The position numbers and the translations under genes were made by a program. This document shows, piece after piece, positions 47,226-56,222 of a stretch of 64,000 bases of DNA (position 1 is its first letter; every line of letters begins with the position of its first letter). Location: contig LDXM01000012.1 in NCBI GenBank assembly GCA_001443375.1, positions 2,089-66,088 on the forward strand, given 5' to 3'. Source of the stretch: Chloroflexi bacterium CSP1-4. Lineage in GTDB: Bacteria; Chloroflexota; Limnocylindria; Limnocylindrales; CSP1-4. Below the pieces are notes generated by a model. It searched no databases, was not told where the DNA came from, and saw only the letters and a list, made by a program, of their open reading frames with translations.

Positions 47226-47319
47226 CGCTGTGCGTCAGTGTAGGGAATCGAAGAGCCGCCGGAGCGACTCCGACGGCTCGACGTGCGGCGGGCCCGGCGC
47301 AGGGCCGACCACCACGGGA

Positions 47320-47742
47320 TCAGTGGCTGCAGCCACCGGGGCTGCCGGCCGAGTCGGCGGTGCGGAAGCTGCTGCCGCAACCGCAGGCCGATACGGCGTT
47401 CGGGTTGTTGACCGTGAAGCCGGCGCCCATGAGCGTGTCCACGTAGTCGATCTCGGAGCCGGTGAGGTACTGCGTGCTCGCGGCGTCGACGTAGACCTTC
47501 ACGCCGTTGTTCTCGACCGAGACGTCCTCGGAGGTCGGCTGATCCTCGAGCATCATCCCGTAGCGGAAGCCGGAGCAGCCGCCGCTGTAGACGTAGACGC
47601 GCAGCCCGATGTTCGGGTTCGCCTCCGCCGCGGTCAGCTCACGGAGCTTGCCAGCGGCCGCGTCCGTGATGCGGACGAGCGTCTCGGCGGAGGGCGTGGG
47701 GGCCGGCGCCGTGGGAAGCGGCTGGGGCTCGGTGTTCAACAT
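47320..47742 (-). CDS. HesB/IscA-family iron-sulfur cluster insertion (A-type carrier) protein
   Basis: Start at the Met at 47742 with a GGGAGGAG RBS. Motifs are LRVYVYSGGCSGFRYGM...FTVNNPNAVSACGCGSSF. The track ORF is extended to 48060. Confidence 0.8.
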   Translation of the reverse strand: MLNTEPQPLPTAPAPTPSAETLVRITDAAAGKLRELTAAEANPNIGLRVYVYSGGCSGFRYGMMLEDQPTSEDVSVENNGVKVYVDAASTQYLTGSEIDYVDTLMGAGFTVNNPNAVSACGCGSSFRTADSAGSPGGCSH

Positions 47743-47805
47743 CGGGTTCGGACTCCTCCCGGAGCGGGTGCTGGCTGTTCGGGCGCCGATCGCGCGGTCC
47801 CGCGC

Positions 47806-47833
47806 ATCGTACGCATCTCGATGAATTCTGACA
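47806..47833 (-). promoter_or_regulatory. sigma-A-like promoter TTGTCA-16-TACGAT for the iscA-like gene
   Basis: The -35 and -10 hexamers were read on the minus strand about 60 nt upstream of the start codon. Confidence 0.35.
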
Positions 47834-48194
47834 AGGGCGCCACGAAAACCCATCGCTCGATGGTCCGGGGCCACCCCACGACCGCGGACCGCGCGGGTCT
47901 GCCGGTCCTCCCGTCGCTTCCATTCGGGCGAGGCATGGCTGCTGAGCCAGGGTGGCATGGACGGTTCGCGGCTCGGTCTCGCGGGCTCACGGCACGGTCC
48001 CGCGTGCGGGCTGGGCTCCCGGCCATGCTTGGTGAGCATGGATCCGGCTCCGGCGGGCATCGCGAGCCTCTACGCCGGCCGCGTGCGCAAGTCCCGCGTG
48101 CGCAGCTATGTCCCCCAGGCATGGGATGACCCCGGGTTTGCCGGCGAAGGCATTGGCCACGGCCACCGGCGAAGGCACGCCCCACGCGAGCCTC

Positions 48195-49898
48195 TCAGAA
48201 GAGCCCCACCACGTTGCCTTCGGCGTCGATGTCCACGCCCTCGCCGGCCGGGCGCGAGGGGAGGCCGGGCATCGTGCGCATGTCGCCGCAGTAGGCGGTC
48301 ACGAAACCGGCCCCGGCGAAGAGGCGCGCTTCTCGCACCGGCACCCGGAAGCCGCTCGGGCGGCCCTTGCGCGCGGGATCGTGGCTCAGGGAGAGGTGGG
48401 TCTTGGCCATGCAGATGGGCAGGTGGCCATAGCCGATGCCCTCGATGCGCTCCAGCTGCTCGAGCACGCCGGCCCCGAAGTCGACGCCGTCGGCGCCGTA
48501 GATCCGCGTGGCGATGGTCTCGATCTTCTCGCTCAGCGGCGCATCGTCGGGGTAGAGGAAGCGGAAGTCGGGCGCGCCCTCCTGTGCCGCCGCCCAGACG
48601 GCCCGGGCCAGATCCTCGGCCCCGGCGCCGCCGTCGGTGAAGTGTGTGGCCGTGACGGCGTCGCGTGCCCCTGCCGCCAGGGAGACCTCGCGCACCGCGG
48701 CCACCTCCGACGCGGCATCGGTGGGGAAGCTGTTGATGGCCACGACCACAGGCACACCGTACGCGCGCACGTTCTCGATCTGCTTGGCCAGGTTCGCGGC
48801 TCCGCGGCGCACGGCCTCCGCGTCCTCGGCCTCCAGCGCCGGGTCGAGCGGCTTGCCGGCCACGATCCGCCCCACGCCACCGTGCATCTTCAGGGCGCGG
48901 ATGGTGGCCACGATGACGGCCGCCGAAGGTCGGATGCCGCCCAGCCGGCACTTGATGTCGAAGAACTTCTGGGCGCCCATGTCGGCGCCGAAGCCGGCCT
49001 CCGTGCAGACCGCGTCCACAAGCTTCAGCGCGACCCGATCGGCCAGCACGGATGAGTTGCCGTGGGCGATGTTGGCGAAGGGCCCGGCATGGACGAAGGC
49101 GGGTCCGCCCTCGAGGGTCTGGAGCAGGTTCGGCTTGATCGCGTCGCGCAGCAGGACGGTCATCGCGCCGGCCACCTTGAGATCGTCGAGCGTCACAGGA
49201 CGGTCGTCCGTCGTTCGCGCCACGACGATCCGCCCGAGCCGAGCGCGCAGATCGTGGATGTCGGTGGCCAGGGCGAGGATGGCCATCACCTCCGACGCGA
49301 CCGTGATCTGCCACTCGGTCTCGCGCTGCACGCCGTCCTCGGCCGTGCCCAGCCCGATGATCGCGTGGCGCAGCGCGCGGTCGCTGATGTCCACGACGTG
49401 TGGCCAGGTGATCGTCTGCGGGTCGATGCCCATGACGTTGCCGTGGTGGAGGTGGTTGTCGAGGAAGGCGCTGGCGAGGTTGTGCGCGGCGCCCACGGCG
49501 TGGTTGTCGCCGGTGAGGTGGAGGTTGAAGTCCTCCATGGGCACGATCTGACTGTAGCCGCCGCCCGCCGCGCCGCCCTTGATGCCGAAGACCGGCCCCA
49601 GCGACGGCTGGCGGACGGCCACCGCGGTGCGCACGCCGAGCCGGTTCAGGCCCTGCGCGAGCCCGATCGTGGTGGTCGTCTTGCCCTCGCCGAGCGGCGT
49701 CGGCGTGATGGCCGTGACGACGATCTCCTTGCCGTCCGGCCGGTCCGCCAGGCGCCGCAGGACCTCCAGCCGCACCTTCGCCTTATAGGGGCCGTAGAGC
49801 TCCAGCTCCTCGGGCAGCAGGCCCAGCTCCGCACCGAGCTCGGCGATCGGGCGAAGCGGGGCCGCCTGGGCGATCTGGAGGCTGCTGGCCATGGCCAT
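48195..49898 (-). CDS. fhs: formate--tetrahydrofolate ligase
   Basis: 567-aa protein with TPTPLGEGKTTTTIGL...the P-loop, and FTHS family-wide identity. Confidence 0.9.
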   Translation of the reverse strand: MAMASSLQIAQAAPLRPIAELGAELGLLPEELELYGPYKAKVRLEVLRRLADRPDGKEIVVTAITPTPLGEGKTTTTIGLAQGLNRLGVRTAVAVRQPSLGPVFGIKGGAAGGGYSQIVPMEDFNLHLTGDNHAVGAAHNLASAFLDNHLHHGNVMGIDPQTITWPHVVDISDRALRHAIIGLGTAEDGVQRETEWQITVASEVMAILALATDIHDLRARLGRIVVARTTDDRPVTLDDLKVAGAMTVLLRDAIKPNLLQTLEGGPAFVHAGPFANIAHGNSSVLADRVALKLVDAVCTEAGFGADMGAQKFFDIKCRLGGIRPSAAVIVATIRALKMHGGVGRIVAGKPLDPALEAEDAEAVRRGAANLAKQIENVRAYGVPVVVAINSFPTDAASEVAAVREVSLAAGARDAVTATHFTDGGAGAEDLARAVWAAAQEGAPDFRFLYPDDAPLSEKIETIATRIYGADGVDFGAGVLEQLERIEGIGYGHLPICMAKTHLSLSHDPARKGRPSGFRVPVREARLFAGAGFVTAYCGDMRTMPGLPSRPAGEGVDIDAEGNVVGLF

Positions 49899-49937
49899 CG
49901 GTGGTAGGGCTCCCTCGATCTTCGGGCTGCGGGTGGG

Positions 49938-50858
49938 TCAGGTGGTCGAGCCGGCAGGGTGCCGGGTGGGCGCGCGGCGCAGGCGCCGGTCGGGCGGGCC
50001 CTCGACCTGGTCGCGGGCGGCGCGCAGGAGGTGCTGGAGCAGGATCGCGTTGGTGATCGGGCCGACACCCCCCGGCACGGGCGAGATGGCCGAGACGACC
50101 GCCGACGCGCTGGCCATGTCCACGTCGCCGACGATGCCCTCGGCCACCATATTGATGCCCACGTCCACGACCACGGCCCCCGGCTTGAGCATCGTGCCGG
50201 TGATCAGGCCGGGGCGGCCGGCGGCCACGACGACGATGTCCGCGGCGCGCGTATGGGCGCCCAGGTCGACCGTGCGCGAGTGGCAGACGGTGACCGTGCA
50301 ATGCTCGCGCAGGAGCAACAGAGCGGCCGGCTTGCCCACGACGTTGCTGCGCCCGACGACCACGGCGTGCCGCCCCTCCAGCGCGATGCCAGAGCGCTTC
50401 AGGATCTCCACCGCCGCCTGCGCCGTGGCGGGCAGGAAACCCTCGTAGCCGAGCGCCAGCAGCCCGAAATTCCGCGGGTGGAGGCCGTCGATGTCCTTGG
50501 CCGGATCGATGGCGTCGATGACGACGCTCAGCGGGATCCGTTTGGGCAGCGGCATCTGGACGATGATCCCGCTCACGAGCGGATCGGCGTTCAGCAGCTC
50601 GATCTCGCGGCGCAGGTGCGCGGCCGTCTCGCCGGCGGGCAGGTGCACCAGGCGCCCCACCGCACCCGCATTGCGGCAGGACCGGAGGATCTGCTGGAGG
50701 TAGACGGCCGACGGCGCGTCCCGGCCCACGAAGACGACGGCCAGCGTCGGCGTGAAGCCGTGGCGGCGTCGGAAGGCCGCCATCTCGACTTTCAGGCGGG
50801 CCCGCATCTCGGTCGCGATGGGCGCCCCGAGCAGGAGTCTCGGGCCGGACGCGGTCAC
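49938..50858 (-). CDS. folD: bifunctional methylenetetrahydrofolate dehydrogenase/methenyltetrahydrofolate cyclohydrolase
   Basis: Motifs VVFVGRDAPSAVYL...GIIVQMPLP...AVVVGRSNVVGKP...PVPGGVGPIT. Confidence 0.9.
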   Translation of the reverse strand: MTASGPRLLLGAPIATEMRARLKVEMAAFRRRHGFTPTLAVVFVGRDAPSAVYLQQILRSCRNAGAVGRLVHLPAGETAAHLRREIELLNADPLVSGIIVQMPLPKRIPLSVVIDAIDPAKDIDGLHPRNFGLLALGYEGFLPATAQAAVEILKRSGIALEGRHAVVVGRSNVVGKPAALLLLREHCTVTVCHSRTVDLGAHTRAADIVVVAAGRPGLITGTMLKPGAVVVDVGINMVAEGIVGDVDMASASAVVSAISPVPGGVGPITNAILLQHLLRAARDQVEGPPDRRLRRAPTRHPAGSTT

Positions 50859-51517
50859 GCCTCTTCCGGGTCCCGCAGCTTGCCCCGACCCACGCGCTCG
50901 CGCACCTGGGAAGCGAGGTCCTCGATGAGCTCGAGGTGCCCGGTCAGCTCCCTCATCGTGGCGCCCTCGAACGGCGGGTCACCGACCGACGGCAGGTTCA
51001 CGAGGATGTTCGCGGCCGCCCCGCGGGCCGCGGCTTCGACGAGCAGCGTCCCGACCGTCAGGTCGCTCGACGCGTTGAGGTTGCTCCTGCCGGCCAGCGC
51101 CTCCAGCTCCGCGGCCACCAGCCGGCACGCCCGGATGATCTCGAGCGGGATCTCCGTGGCGTGGCGAGCCGCTGAGTGGAGCGCAGCCCCGCGCGCGGCG
51201 ATCTCGTCGGGCGCCTCCCTGGGAAGCTTCAACGCGGCGGAGAACGCGTCGTAGGCTCGAGCGTCGTCGTCGGCCAGGACGAGAAGGCGGCGGCGCGCGT
51301 CGGCGGCGACCGCGAGGGCCCGCGCCAGCGTCTTCTCGTAGGCCGCGTACTTCGGGCGCCCCTGGGACAGGCCGGCGACCATTGCCAGCAGGCTCGCGGC
51401 CAGGCTGCCCGCGACGGCCGCGGCACTCCCTCCGCCCGGAGTCGGGTCGGACGACGCGAGGCGCACGGTGAAGGCCTCGAGCGAGAGCCCTGCCACGTCC
51501 GATGGCGTATCGGTCAC
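50855..51517 (-). CDS. cyclodeaminase/cyclohydrolase-family protein (formiminotransferase-cyclodeaminase C-domain-like; methenyl-THF cyclohydrolase FchA-like)
   Basis: 220-aa protein. TPGGGSAAAVAGSLAASLLAMV is typical of the FTCD_C family. It overlaps folD by 4 nt. Confidence 0.75.
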   Translation of the reverse strand: MTDTPSDVAGLSLEAFTVRLASSDPTPGGGSAAAVAGSLAASLLAMVAGLSQGRPKYAAYEKTLARALAVAADARRRLLVLADDDARAYDAFSAALKLPREAPDEIAARGAALHSAARHATEIPLEIIRACRLVAAELEALAGRSNLNASSDLTVGTLLVEAAARGAAANILVNLPSVGDPPFEGATMRELTGHLELIEDLASQVRERVGRGKLRDPEEA

Positions 51518-51544
51518 GGGCGCGATTGTCGCACGCGCCGGGGA

Positions 51545-52195
51545 TCAGTCGAGGCGGCGGATGACGCCGATCAGCTTCCCCTGGATGCGCACGTCCTCGT
51601 AGACCATCGCCTCGTAGCGCGAGTTCGCCGGCTGGAGGCGGACCTTGCCGTTCTCCTTGAAGAAACGCTTGAGCGTGACGGCGTTCTCCTCGACCTGGGC
51701 GACCACGATGTCGCCGTTGCGGGCCGTCTGCTGGGGCCGGATGACGACGAAGTCGCCGTCCTGGATGTGGGCGTCGATCATCGAGTCGCCGCGCACCTTG
51801 AGCACGTAGGCATCCCCGGCCGGGGCGAGGATCTCCGGCACCGAGAGCGTCTCGCTGGCGTCCTGGTAGGCCTCGATCGGGCCGCCGGCGGCGATCTCGC
51901 CGACGATGGGCAGAACATGGCTCTGCTGCGGTGGCACCTGCGGCAGGAGTTCGCTGGAGAGGCCCGACTGCAGCGCGGCATGCGGCGTCAGGCGGATGGC
52001 GCGCGAACGCGTGGCGCCCCGCTCGAGATAACCATCACGCTCGAGCGCCTCGAGGTGGTGGTGCACCGCCGAGGTCGAGGCGAGGCCGACGGCCTGCGCG
52101 ATCTCCCGGACGGAGGGCGGGTAGCCCCGTGCCCGGAGCGTGGCGGCGATGTGGTCGATGATGCGCTGCTTGCGGGTGGCGTCGTGTCTCGTCAC
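51545..52195 (-). CDS. lexA: LexA repressor
   Basis: N-terminal wHTH LTRKQRIIDHIAATLRARGYPPSVREIAQAVGL. The S24 peptidase motifs are ...VRGDSMIDAHI (catalytic Ser)...KRF, with the cleavage region VPIVGEIAAG. Confidence 0.9.
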   Translation of the reverse strand: MTRHDATRKQRIIDHIAATLRARGYPPSVREIAQAVGLASTSAVHHHLEALERDGYLERGATRSRAIRLTPHAALQSGLSSELLPQVPPQQSHVLPIVGEIAAGGPIEAYQDASETLSVPEILAPAGDAYVLKVRGDSMIDAHIQDGDFVVIRPQQTARNGDIVVAQVEENAVTLKRFFKENGKVRLQPANSRYEAMVYEDVRIQGKLIGVIRRLD

Positions 52196-52217
52196 GCGGC
52201 GCCTCCTTTCCTCGAGA

Positions 52218-52231
52218 GCACGGTACCGAAC
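52218..52231. promoter_or_regulatory. LexA operator (Cheo-type SOS box) CGAACGTCTGTTCG between lexA and the divergent DUF1232 gene
   Basis: The sequence matches the Gram-positive/actinobacterial consensus CGAAC-N4-GTTCG exactly. It lies about 23 nt upstream of the lexA ATG (coordinates +/-1). Confidence 0.7.
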
Positions 52232-52257
52232 GTCTGTTCGATTGTCAAGCCCCGGGG

Positions 52258-52797
52258 ATGGCGCGGGAGTCGGCGCCCGATATACTCCACGCTCCGATGC
52301 CCCGCTCTCGTCGTGCCGGCCCCGCCCGTGGCCTGTTCCGGACCCTCAACTACCTCGCCTTCGTGCCGCTCGCGTCGCGCGCGCCGATGTACGGTCGGCT
52401 GCTCTGGTCGCTCCTGCGCGACGAGCGGATCCCGACCGCCCGGAAGGCGATCCTCGGCCTAGCGGCCGGGTACCTGGCGTCGCCGATCGACCTCGTGCCG
52501 GACTTCGTGCCGGTGCTGGGGGCGCTCGACGACCTGGCCGTCGCCGTCCTGGCCATCGACCTCTTCCTGGAGAGCGTGCCCGACGCGCTGCTCGAGGAGA
52601 AGCTCGTGGAGCTGGGCATGGACCGGTCGGCGCTGGAACGCGACATGAGCCAGGTGCGGCGCCTCGTGCCGCGCCCGGTGCGCCGGCTGGTCCGGCGGTT
52701 GCCCGATCTCGTCGATGGTGTCGGAACCCTCGTCCAGCGCAGCGGCGTGGAGCGCCGGCTGCGCACATGGATCCTGAAGGAGGAACGCTCCGCGTGA
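52258..52797 (+). CDS. DUF1232 (YkvA-like) membrane protein
   Basis: PIDLVPDFVPVLGALDDLAVAVLAI is the DUF1232 signature. The start may be Met at 52258 or 52297. Confidence 0.7.
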   Translation: MARESAPDILHAPMPRSRRAGPARGLFRTLNYLAFVPLASRAPMYGRLLWSLLRDERIPTARKAILGLAAGYLASPIDLVPDFVPVLGALDDLAVAVLAIDLFLESVPDALLEEKLVELGMDRSALERDMSQVRRLVPRPVRRLVRRLPDLVDGVGTLVQRSGVERRLRTWILKEERSA

Positions 52798-53240
52798 AGG
52801 TCATCCTGACCAACGACGTGGCCAAGCTCGGCAAGAGCGGCGAGCTCAAGGAAGTCGCCGACGGCTACGCCCGCAACTACCTCATCCCGAACAAGTTCGC
52901 CGTGCCCGCGGCGGGCGGCGCCTACCGTGCCTGGCAGCACGACATCGCCAGCCGCGAGGACAAGCGCAAGCGGGAGCGCGAGGAGGCCGACATCTACGCG
53001 ACGCGCATCGCCAGCACGACCCTCACGATGGGCGTGAAGGTGGGTGAGGGCGGCAAGCTCTACGGCTCGATCACGGCCAAGGACATCGCCGACGCGCTCG
53101 GCCGCCGCGGCATCGTCGTCGACCGCCACAAGGTCGATCTCGATGAGCCGCTCAAGACCCTGGGCACCTACAAGGTCGCGGTCAAGGTCTACGCCGGCAT
53201 GACGCCGGAGGTCACGGTCGTCGTCGAGCCGAAGGGCTAG
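52794..53240 (+). CDS. rplI: 50S ribosomal protein L9
   Basis: The GTG at 52794 overlaps the upstream stop as GTGA. A GGAGGAA RBS is present. Translation is VKVILTNDVAKLGKSGELKEVADGYARNYLIPNKFAV... Confidence 0.9.
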   Translation: MKVILTNDVAKLGKSGELKEVADGYARNYLIPNKFAVPAAGGAYRAWQHDIASREDKRKREREEADIYATRIASTTLTMGVKVGEGGKLYGSITAKDIADALGRRGIVVDRHKVDLDEPLKTLGTYKVAVKVYAGMTPEVTVVVEPKG

Positions 53241-53357
53241 GCCCGCCCCGGCGCTGAGGGCTCCGCCCGGGCGCGACCCCGGCGCTTCACCGAGGGCCCC
53301 CTCCGGGCCGTCGCCGGCGTCGCCGGCGTCGCCGGCCGCGGTCATACACTCCCCTGA

Positions 53358-54602
53358 GTGAAAGCCACGCCGCGTCCGGCACTCAGTTTCGCGGAACTCT
53401 ACCGCCGGCTGCCCACGCCGCGATCGGCTGACGATCTCGAGCTGGGCGGGCTGCTCGGGCTCAGCCTGTTCCTGCTCATCGTCCTCTCGGGGCGCGACCT
53501 CGACCTCCTGCCCAGCCCCGTTCGACTGGCGCTCGTGCTGAGCTGGCCGATCGTCGTCTACGCCTTCGTGGTCAGCGGTCGGGCATCGATCCCGGTCGCC
53601 TACATCGTCCTCGGGGCGATCGGTCTGCGCCTGAACGAGCTCCAGGGCTATGGCGGCTCCGACGTCCTGGACTCCGTGTTCGAGGCGATCGGCGTGCTGC
53701 TGGCCGGCAGCTCCCCGTACGGCCACTCGTACACCATGACCCAGCCACCCGGCTCGCCGATGCCCTACCCGCCGGCGACGCTGCTCCTGCACCTGCCGGG
53801 CCACCTCCTCGCCGGCAAGGACGGCGTCTTCTACAACGAGGCGGCCACGGCAGGCGTGGTCATCGCCGCCCTCGTCGCGCTCGCGGCGCGGGTCTCGTGG
53901 ACGCTGGGTCTGCCCGCCCTGGCTGCCTACGCCGCCCTCGGCAACCTCGTCTACACCTCGGCCGACGGCAGCAACGACACGAGCACCGGGGCCATGCTCC
54001 TGCTCGCCGTGCTGGCCGTGGCCTGGGCCTGGGACGGCGGCTGGGACGGGCAGCGCGTGCGCATCGCCGGGCTCGCCGCGGCGCTGGCGCTGGCGACGAA
54101 GCAGTCGAGCCTCTTCGTCGTCGTGCTCCTCGCCATCGCCGTGTGGCAGATGGCCGGGCGTCGGAGCGCGGCCCTGTATGTCGGCGCGGCCGGTGTCCTC
54201 CTGCTGGCGTTCTCGATCCCCTTCCTGCTCCTGGGTCCGGTCGAGTACGTGCGCAGCCTGACCGCCTTCGCGGGCGTGCACGAGGACATCTATGGCTGGA
54301 CCATCTGGGCCTTCGCACAGGGGATGGGCTGGCCGGTCCTCGACGTGCCGGAGGCGCGGCTCGTGAACATCGTGCTCACGCTCGGGGCCCTGCTCGCGGT
54401 CACGCGCTACCGCCTCTCGAGCATCGCCCTGGCCACGGCCTTCGGCGTGCTGGTCACGCTCGTCCTCTTCCTGACCGCGCGCTGGATGAGCTTCGCCTAC
54501 TTCGCCATGGTCACCCCGATCATCCTGGTCTTGCCGCTCCTCGCCGCGTGGGCGGCCCGCGGACCGACGACACCAGTGGAGCCGAAGTCGGAGGTCGCCT
54601 GA
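53358..54602 (+). CDS. polytopic membrane protein, putatively a GT87/DUF2029-like glycosyltransferase
   Basis: 414-aa protein with about 10 TM segments and no cytoplasmic catalytic domain. The family assignment is tentative. Confidence 0.55.
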   Translation: MKATPRPALSFAELYRRLPTPRSADDLELGGLLGLSLFLLIVLSGRDLDLLPSPVRLALVLSWPIVVYAFVVSGRASIPVAYIVLGAIGLRLNELQGYGGSDVLDSVFEAIGVLLAGSSPYGHSYTMTQPPGSPMPYPPATLLLHLPGHLLAGKDGVFYNEAATAGVVIAALVALAARVSWTLGLPALAAYAALGNLVYTSADGSNDTSTGAMLLLAVLAVAWAWDGGWDGQRVRIAGLAAALALATKQSSLFVVVLLAIAVWQMAGRRSAALYVGAAGVLLLAFSIPFLLLGPVEYVRSLTAFAGVHEDIYGWTIWAFAQGMGWPVLDVPEARLVNIVLTLGALLAVTRYRLSSIALATAFGVLVTLVLFLTARWMSFAYFAMVTPIILVLPLLAAWAARGPTTPVEPKSEVA

Positions 54603-55855
54603 TGGCCGGCCCCACGATCCTGCACGTCGATCTCGACGCCTTCTTCGCGGCGGTCGAGCAGCGCGACAGACCCGAGCTGCGCGGCAGGCCCGTGATCGTG
54701 GGCGGCGGGGGACCGAACGACCGCGGCGTGGTGAGCGCCGCCTCCTATGAGGCCCGTGCCTTCGGCGTCCACTCGGCGATGCCGCTGCGCACGGCCGGCG
54801 CGCTCTGCCCGCGGGGCGTCTTCCTGCCCGTGGACGGCGCGAAGTACCAGCGTGTGAGCCGGCAGGTGATGGCCATCCTGCGTCGCTTCACGCCGCGCGT
54901 GGAGCCCGTCTCCATCGACGAGGCCTTCCTCGACGTGGCCGGCTCGGAGGCGCTCTTCGGGGACGGCGAGACCATCGCCCGCGCCATCAAGGACGCCATC
55001 CGCTCCGAGCTGGAGCTGACGGCCTCGGTGGGCGTGGCCGGCACGAAGCTGGTGGCCAAGATCGCCTCGGACCTGCGCAAGCCAGACGGCCTGGTGGTCG
55101 TGCCCCTCGGCGAGGAAGCGGCCTTCCTGGCGCCCCTGCCCATGGCGCGGCTGTGGGGCGTCGGGCCGCAGACACGCCTGGCGCTGGCCGACTACGAGGT
55201 GCGCACCATCGGCGACCTGGCCGCCCTGCCCGCCGACGTCCTCGTGCGCCGTCTGGGACAGCACGGCGCCGAGCTGGCGGCCCGGGCGCGGGGCATCGAC
55301 CCCTCACCGGTCTCCGACGGCGCCGACCCGAAGTCGGTCAGCCACGAGCACACCTTCACCGTCGACACGCACGACCCCGACGAGATCGAGCGCACTCTCC
55401 TGGCCCTGGCCGAGGGAGTGGGCGGCCGGCTGCGCGCCTCGGGCCTGCGGGCGGCGACGATCTCGGTCAAGGTGCGCGACGAGCACTTCGAGACGCGCAC
55501 TCGCCAGCGCACGCTCGAGGAGCCGACCGACCAGACCGAGACGATCTGGCGCACCGCCCTCGAGCTGGCCCGGCCCGAGGTCCGCGGACGGACGATCCGC
55601 CTGCTCGGCGTGGGCGCCTCGCACTTCGGGGAGCGCCAGCAGCTGGGCCTCTTCGAGACGGGCGATGAGCGGCGGCGGCGGGTCACGGAGGCGGCCGACG
55701 AGATCCGTCGGCGGTTCGGGTCACGCGCCATCACCCGCGCGCGACTCCTCGGCAGCCGCGTGGCCGAGCCCTTCGAGCGCGACCCCATGACCGCGCCCGA
55801 CGCCCGTCGCGTGGGCCGGGTGCGCCGGGATCCGGGCGCCGATGGATCCGCTTGA
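54602..55855 (+). CDS. dinB: DNA polymerase IV (Y-family translesion polymerase)
   Basis: ILHVDLDAFFAAVEQRDRPELRGRPVIVGG...SIDEAFLDV...is followed by the little-finger domain. The start overlaps the upstream stop (TGATG; +/-1 nt). Confidence 0.9.
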   Translation: MAGPTILHVDLDAFFAAVEQRDRPELRGRPVIVGGGGPNDRGVVSAASYEARAFGVHSAMPLRTAGALCPRGVFLPVDGAKYQRVSRQVMAILRRFTPRVEPVSIDEAFLDVAGSEALFGDGETIARAIKDAIRSELELTASVGVAGTKLVAKIASDLRKPDGLVVVPLGEEAAFLAPLPMARLWGVGPQTRLALADYEVRTIGDLAALPADVLVRRLGQHGAELAARARGIDPSPVSDGADPKSVSHEHTFTVDTHDPDEIERTLLALAEGVGGRLRASGLRAATISVKVRDEHFETRTRQRTLEEPTDQTETIWRTALELARPEVRGRTIRLLGVGASHFGERQQLGLFETGDERRRRVTEAADEIRRRFGSRAITRARLLGSRVAEPFERDPMTAPDARRVGRVRRDPGADGSA

Positions 55856-55881
55856 CATCGTACATCCGTTCGATTTAGGAT
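55852..55881 (+). promoter_or_regulatory. sigma-A-like promoter TTGACA-18-TAGGAT immediately after the dinB stop
   Basis: Read directly in the sequence. The predicted TSS is about 55888, overlapping the SOS box. Confidence 0.4.
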
Positions 55882-55892
55882 GCACCCCATAC

Positions 55893-55906
55893 CGAACAGA
55901 CGTTCT
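55893..55906. promoter_or_regulatory. second LexA operator-like site CGAACAGACGTTCT at the predicted TSS of the 93-aa gene
   Basis: 13 of 14 positions match CGAAC-N4-GTTCG. It lies 35 nt upstream of the ATG at 55941. Confidence 0.55.
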
Positions 55907-55940
55907 CCCGCTACGCCCCCGGAAAGGAGCCGTGGCCGAT

Positions 55941-56222
55941 ATGGCGATGGTGCGCATCAGCCCACTGGAAGTCCACGTCCGCACCGACTGGTTCGACGGC
56001 CGGCCGCGGAGCATCCGCATCGCCCAGGCGACCGTCCCGGTCGTGGCCGTCGAGGCCGTCCGCGAGGAGTCGGCAGCCTACCCGGCCGCGACCGGGCCGC
56101 GGACCCTGTTCCGTGTCCTCACCCCCGCGGCCCGATACGCCCTCACCTACGAGCATGGGCGTCGGCGCTGGTTCGTCGAGGCGCTGGACCCCGACGTCAG
56201 CGCTCGGCCCGCGGCGGCCTGA
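55941..56222 (+). CDS. hypothetical 93-aa protein, predicted SOS-regulated
   Basis: A strong GGAAAGGAG RBS lies 11 nt upstream of the ATG. Translation is MAMVRISPLEVHVRTDWFDGRPRSIRIAQATVPVVAVEAVREESAAYPAATGPRTLFRVLTPAARYALTYEHGRRRWFVEALDPDVSARPAAA. The track ORF starts earlier at 55842. Confidence 0.55.
   Translation: MAMVRISPLEVHVRTDWFDGRPRSIRIAQATVPVVAVEAVREESAAYPAATGPRTLFRVLTPAARYALTYEHGRRRWFVEALDPDVSARPAAA

Noticed and set aside
44621-50448. 5' extension of 44621..46072; ORFs 46160..46447, 46379..46633, 46473..47243(+), 47197..48129(+), 47736..48185(-), 47957..48640(+), 48106..49314(-), 48108..49055(+), 48637..49551(+), 49062..49907(+), 49783..50301(-), 49891..50448(+)
   Set aside because: They are shadows of the Mo-oxidoreductase, LON-domain, iscA, fhs and folD genes, or lie in the structured intergenic regions discussed as non-coding candidates.
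53301-53335. (GTCGCCGGC)x3 tandem 9-mer downstream of rplI
   Set aside because: It is a short simple-sequence repeat in a GC-rich terminator region and is probably not functional beyond possible hairpin formation.
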